From: Nostoc sp. PCC 7120 = FACHB-418
GTDB lineage: Bacteria > Cyanobacteriota > Cyanobacteriia > Cyanobacteriales > Nostocaceae
Length of the DNA: 32,000 nucleotides
Assembly: GCF_000009705.1 (NCBI RefSeq)
Contig: NC_003272.1
Span: 2,250,001-2,282,000 of the forward strand
Reading direction: 5' to 3'
The translations under genes were made by a program, and so were the position numbers. Shown here piece by piece: positions 27,501 to 32,000 of this stretch (position 1 is the first letter of the stretch; each line of letters opens with the position of its first letter). The notes beneath the pieces were generated by a model. It was not told where the DNA came from. It was given only the letters and a program-made list of their open reading frames with translations, and did no database searches.

Positions 27501-30083
27501 TCACTTCTCCTGAAACGTCCACACCCCTTCATCCCATTCTGAATCTGTTGGAGGTGATTGTAACCAATGCTGACAGCGTAGCAGATGCAACATCGCGGCT
27601 TTGTCATGTTTATCAACTGCTAAAACATTGGCAAATTCTGCTCTTGCTAAGGAAAATTGACGTTGCAGGTAATATTCCCGTCCCTTGTGATAATGCTCAA
27701 TTACCTGCAATTTTTCACTAGCAATGGGGTCAGAACGTAAACCAATTAACTCGTATATAGATACTGGCTCATTTCTGCCTTTAACACGGATAAAATCTAG
27801 TTCTCTAGCCCAAATATTTTCCTGGCATGGTTTAAAAGTATTATCACTGAGAATAATGTCGCAACCATACTGCTTACTCACACTTTCTAAGCGGGAACCC
27901 AGATTCACACCATCACCAATAGCTGTAAATTCCATACGTTTACTAGAGCCAATGTTGCCACTAATTACGGTGTCGGAATTGATGCCAATACCGATATTGA
28001 TTCGGGGTTTATTAGCTGCATAACGTTTTTGATTAAATTCTTGTAAGCGATGACGCATTTCTATAGATGTTTTTACAGCCATCCAAGCGTGTTCTTCTAA
28101 GGGCAAAGGTGAACCAAACACGGCCATAATCGCATCACCGATGTATTTATCCAGAGTGCCTTTGTGTTTGAATACAGCCTCTACCATCGACTCAAAATAT
28201 TCATTGAGCATACTTACGACTTCTTCGGCTTCCAGATTTTCCGTCAAAGTGGTGTAACCGCGAATATCCGAAAAGAGGATGGAAACTTCTTTGCGATCGC
28301 CTCCCAGTTTAGCATCGTCTAATTTCAGCAATTCCTCGGCTAATTCCTGAGTCATGTAGCGATACATCGTACTCTTGAGGCGCTTCTCATCGCTAATATC
28401 TTCCATCACCACCAACGCGCCGCAGACTTGCTGGGGATCGCTAGCATCGGCAATGGTATTAATCGATAGGTTAATGCTATTTTGTGCTGCTTCAGTGCTT
28501 ACTAGTGTGCGGTCTGGGTAATATTGCTGGCGGCCTTTGAGGTCTGTCCCATGTAAGGCATCTTGACACCATTTGCTAAAATCGCCTTCTTTAATGGCGA
28601 TCGCCTCACTGATGAGTTTACCTTCCAAACGATCTTCTGATTCCAGCCCCAACAAACGCTGGGCGCTTTCATTCGCTGCAATAATTGTCCCAGACTTATC
28701 TGTGGAAATCACACCGTTGGACAAACTCCGCAGAATATCCCGTTGCATTTGCTCTTGTTGCTTGACTGTGGCAAACAACTGAGCATTTTGTAAAGCCACC
28801 CCGGCTTGAATATTAAAAGCTTCCATGAATTCTTCGTCGTTGCGGTCAAAACTCGCTTGGAAGCATTCGGGCGCTATCGGCCAAGTTTCTGGATTATAGG
28901 GGGGGAACTCTCCGGTTTTCTTTTTATTTACCAGTTGGGTCACACCAATTAATTCTTGGTCGCCGTTAAATACAGGCATACATAATAAACTACAGGTGCG
29001 GTAGCCATTTTGCTGGTCGATTTGTTTGGCAGTTGCCGAGTCTGGATGGTCGTATAAATCAAAAGGGATGTTGAGTTTTTGACCGGATGCGGCGACGATC
29101 CCGGCAAAACCTTTACCTATGGGAACGCGCAACTCCTTAGTAGAACCATTATCTTGAGTAATTTTCGTCCATAATTCATGGCGATCGCGGTCTATCAGCC
29201 ATAAGGTACTGCGATCGGCGTTCATCAGTTCCTTGGCTTCATCCATTACCCGTTTGAGGGTATCTTCTAAATCCAGACTACTTTGGCTCAGAGACTTTAC
29301 CGCCTTCATCATCGCCGCCGCCGCCCTTTGTTTTTGCGTCGCTATATAAAAGGAGCGTGACGACTCCAAAATCAAGCGAATTGAGGGCGCAAATTCTTGA
29401 AACAATTGCTCATCTGCACTGGTAAAACCTTGATTATCAATCCGTTCTGCTAGCAGTGCATCAGGAGGACTGTAAGGTTTTAATTTGTTGAGTAACTGTA
29501 CCACCGCGACTAATCGCCCTTGCTCACTCAATAGCGGTAAAGCCAGCATTGTATATGTGCGGTAGCCAGTGATTTTCTCTTGTTTTTGGGCAAATATCGA
29601 CCGAGGATCGTGATAAAAGTCAAAGGGTATATTAACTACTTGTTTAAAAGTAGCGACTTCACCGGCAATCCCCTTGTCGGCGGGGATGCGAATTTCTAGG
29701 GAGCGATCGCCTTCTCCGGCGGCGACAATCGACCACAATTCTTGTTTTTCTTCATCTAGCAAAAATATAGTCGTCCGATCTGCCCCCAACAATTCCCCAG
29801 TTTTTAAGGTAATTGACTGCAACATCTCTTGCAGGATATTTTCAAACCCGTGAGAATCCAACATTGACAGGGTTTGATGCACAATTTGGAGTTTTTGCTC
29901 GACTTCTGTAACAACTTGTTTAAAAGTATCCTGAGTTAAGGGAGCAAGAAATGTCGAAATAGTACCTTTTCTGCGGGCTAGTGTGCCGACAGGAGCCGAA
30001 GTTTCTGGCAAGTTTTGCTCTTGGTTTTGCGTACCTAAGATCAAATCGCCAGTCTCCCCAAAATTACGCTGTTGCAATGACAT
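27501..30083 (-). CDS. cyaB1: Adenylate cyclase, GAF-GAF-PAS-class III cyclase-TPR-like architecture (CyaB1 type)
   Basis: 860 aa with two GAF domains (the second has an NK...F..DE-type motif, NKKKTGEF...FDRNDEEF), a PAS segment (LRSLSNGVISTDKSG) and a class III catalytic domain (VSILFSDIRGYTT, KYIGDAIMAVFG, GDGVNLGSRLE). This matches my memory of Anabaena CyaB1 in length and domain order. Confidence 0.88.
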   Translation of the reverse strand: MSLQQRNFGETGDLILGTQNQEQNLPETSAPVGTLARRKGTISTFLAPLTQDTFKQVVTEVEQKLQIVHQTLSMLDSHGFENILQEMLQSITLKTGELLGADRTTIFLLDEEKQELWSIVAAGEGDRSLEIRIPADKGIAGEVATFKQVVNIPFDFYHDPRSIFAQKQEKITGYRTYTMLALPLLSEQGRLVAVVQLLNKLKPYSPPDALLAERIDNQGFTSADEQLFQEFAPSIRLILESSRSFYIATQKQRAAAAMMKAVKSLSQSSLDLEDTLKRVMDEAKELMNADRSTLWLIDRDRHELWTKITQDNGSTKELRVPIGKGFAGIVAASGQKLNIPFDLYDHPDSATAKQIDQQNGYRTCSLLCMPVFNGDQELIGVTQLVNKKKTGEFPPYNPETWPIAPECFQASFDRNDEEFMEAFNIQAGVALQNAQLFATVKQQEQMQRDILRSLSNGVISTDKSGTIIAANESAQRLLGLESEDRLEGKLISEAIAIKEGDFSKWCQDALHGTDLKGRQQYYPDRTLVSTEAAQNSINLSINTIADASDPQQVCGALVVMEDISDEKRLKSTMYRYMTQELAEELLKLDDAKLGGDRKEVSILFSDIRGYTTLTENLEAEEVVSMLNEYFESMVEAVFKHKGTLDKYIGDAIMAVFGSPLPLEEHAWMAVKTSIEMRHRLQEFNQKRYAANKPRINIGIGINSDTVISGNIGSSKRMEFTAIGDGVNLGSRLESVSKQYGCDIILSDNTFKPCQENIWARELDFIRVKGRNEPVSIYELIGLRSDPIASEKLQVIEHYHKGREYYLQRQFSLARAEFANVLAVDKHDKAAMLHLLRCQHWLQSPPTDSEWDEGVWTFQEK

Positions 30084-30809
30084 AGGTAATTTTTGATATA
30101 ACAGGATTAAGACTTTTAAGAATTTATTTAAGTGTTGCTAAAAGCAACGAGCGATAGACATTACACACAGTGTAATCTGTAGTTCAGCCATCGTCATCCG
30201 GCTCTATTCCTGGTTTAGCCTAATTTATAGTCCTCATCCACAAACTACTGTACTTCCAGTAAAAATGTATAGACAATAACCCGGAGGCGATTATTAAGTT
30301 AATAGTTATACCAAAATATTAAGCTATTACTTGCTTGACCGACTCTACTCATAGGGGTAGTGTATAAATCATAGTTCCCAATTTTGTAGGTCAGGCAACA
30401 CTTTTCAGTAAAAAATATTAACCTCTCATCCCTCGGTCTATTCCCTTTTTCATATTTGGTGGTGTAAGAAGCTTATAGAAACGGCCGGCTGCTAAAAAAT
30501 TGTGAAATTACTGCATAAAAATGGAAACCGTTACTGATAAGTACACAGATGGATTAGTTTTTTTCGGAACATCCAGATAAAAAATATCCCTAATATAGGG
30601 TGCGTCAGTCAGATAAAATCCGGAAATACCACGAAATTATTCATATTTACGCACTCTACTAAAAGCTATTTTGGGATAATGTATTTTTTGTGTTCCCTTA
30701 CTTAACAGTTGTATTTTCCATTACTTGTGATGAAGTTTTTGTGACTTGGTTGCAATGCTTCTGCCTTGTCAGATTCAATTCCTATGTTTTGCAAGGGGGG
30801 TACATCAAT

Positions 30810-31046
30810 ATGACAGCTTACACATTAAGACAAGCTAATTCTTGGTTCAACATTGGCGCAATATCAAAGTTGGGAACTATATTTGCCGTTCATGATGGTG
30901 ATGATCGACCAATCAGCCCCGACCCAAGGGACATTGCAGATGAATTTGACGAAATATTTAACCCATCAGCAAAGCCGAAAAAAAAGGTTGTTAATCCGGA
31001 TGCTGATCCGTCAACATCTCCCGCAATCGACCCTGATTCTGAATAA
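30810..31046 (+). CDS. Hypothetical small protein with an acidic, Pro-rich tail
   Basis: The ATG at 30810 is preceded by aagggggg about 12 nt upstream. The 78-aa product is MTAYTLRQANSWFNIG...DADPSTSPAIDPDSE. The GTG-extended version from 30690 seems less likely. I recognise no family. Confidence 0.35.
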   Translation: MTAYTLRQANSWFNIGAISKLGTIFAVHDGDDRPISPDPRDIADEFDEIFNPSAKPKKKVVNPDADPSTSPAIDPDSE

Positions 31047-31206
31047 TAAACCTATGTAGTTTGCATAAATATCTTTGTGAGGAGGTAGGGGGAATAGGGG
31101 GAATCTTTCTGTAATTTTTTTCCTTGCTCCCCCCTCCCCACTTTTGTGCCTCATCTCCCTGTCCCATTCCCTATTTTTCAGCTAGTAAAGACGCTAAATA
31201 ACTGAA

Positions 31207-32000
31207 ATGACTCAAAACGGCAAAGGTAGTTCATGGCAATTGAACTTAGCAATTTCCCTAACATCTGCTGGTGTTATAGGCATAAGTATCGCTTCTTCTG
31301 TTGCTCAATGCGCCTTTGCTCAAAGTGTCATTATTCCTGATCAAACCTTAGGTAATGAAAGGTCTCAGGTGAGTGAAAACTACAATAATAATCCCACCGA
31401 AGCAGTTACAGGAGGATCGGTTCGGGGTAATAACCTATTTCATAGTTTCCAAGAATTTAACGTTAATGAAGGACGTTCAGCACTTTTCGTAGCTCCTAAC
31501 AGTAGCATCCAGAACATTTTTGTCAGAGTTACAGGTAATAATCGCTCTGATATTTTCGGGAAGTTAGAGACTTCTGGTGTCAATGCCAATTTGTTTGTGA
31601 TTAATCCCAATGGGATTTTTTTTGGGCCGAATGCCACACTGAATATAGGTGGTTCTTTCGTGGCGAGTACAGCTAGTGGAATTCAGTTTGGCGATCGCAC
31701 CATTTTTAGCGCCACTTCTCCCCAACCTTTATTAACCATGAGTGTACCTATTGGACTGCAATTTGGCAGAACAGGGGGAGAGATAAATGTGCAAGGGGAA
31801 TTAGCAGTTCCCACAGGCAAAACCCTGGCATTAGTAGGTGGAAATGTAACTCTAGATGGTGGTAATGTTAGCTTTCTCCGGCGTAGGACAATCAAGGCAG
31901 AAAGTGGCCAAATCGCTATGGGGGGAATACTAGGAGTAGGTACAGTAGGAATAAATTTGAATGCTAATAACGACATCAACAACCAAATTTTAAGTTTTTC
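31207..32000 (+). CDS. Filamentous-hemagglutinin-type N-terminal (TPS) domain exoprotein, 5' part (runs off the window)
   Basis: My own translation from the ATG at 31207: MTQNGKGSSWQLNLAISLTSAGVIGISIASSVAQCAFAQ (signal peptide), then ...GGSVRGNNLFHSFQEFNV..G..ALF......IQNIFVRVTG...S.I.G.L.....ANLFVINPNGIFFG.NA.LN, the canonical TPS secretion domain. The frame is open to 32000. Confidence 0.8.
   Translation, partial: MTQNGKGSSWQLNLAISLTSAGVIGISIASSVAQCAFAQSVIIPDQTLGNERSQVSENYNNNPTEAVTGGSVRGNNLFHSFQEFNVNEGRSALFVAPNSSIQNIFVRVTGNNRSDIFGKLETSGVNANLFVINPNGIFFGPNATLNIGGSFVASTASGIQFGDRTIFSATSPQPLLTMSVPIGLQFGRTGGEINVQGELAVPTGKTLALVGGNVTLDGGNVSFLRRRTIKAESGQIAMGGILGVGTVGINLNANNDINNQILSF

Noticed and set aside
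30690-30809. GTG-initiated 40-aa hydrophobic extension of the small ORF
   Set aside because: There is no ribosome-binding signal, and the composition is Cys/Phe-rich and non-protein-like. The internal ATG at 30810 has a G-rich SD-like motif upstream. The ORF as a whole remains low confidence.

Overview
The window looks like a chromosomal segment of a filamentous, heterocyst-forming-type cyanobacterium (Nostoc/Anabaena-like). Support for this: about 19 perfect HIP1 octamers (GCGATCGC) counted by eye, against roughly 0.5 expected by chance; STRR-type heptamer arrays (CCCCAAT/CCCCAGT); and a CyaB1-type GAF-GAF-PAS adenylate cyclase. Most of the window is ordinary housekeeping: an SDR, tgt, two envelope glycosyltransferases, a membrane acyltransferase, serA, prmA, thioredoxin, fabG, groEL2 with a textbook CIRCE operator, heme oxygenase, glmM, rtcA and cyaB1. 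Two giant STAND/NACHT NTPases with HEAT-repeat arrays are embedded in this context. The main candidate for something new is the 1547-aa protein at 22772..27415. It has a NACHT module, then 21 near-identical 31-aa HEAT repeats (93-bp DNA units, some identical at the DNA level), then a complete C-terminal calcineurin-like metallophosphoesterase domain. An 87-bp double-hairpin repeat is inserted in frame in its nucleotide-binding domain, and an 11 x 21-bp phased tandem array sits in its upstream region. A small divergently transcribed 3-TM protein lies next to it. The second NACHT-HEAT protein (4768..8541) has an unassigned ~300-aa helical N-terminal domain and follows a Uma2-family nuclease gene. 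Other points of note are an orphan DUF433 gene with a 7-codon remnant of its partner toxin gene, several MITE-like or STRR repeats, and the 5' end of a TPS-domain (filamentous-hemagglutinin-type) exoprotein at the window edge. I found no rRNA, tRNA, CRISPR array, transposase or integrase. All protein calls rest on motif recognition by eye, with no database search.
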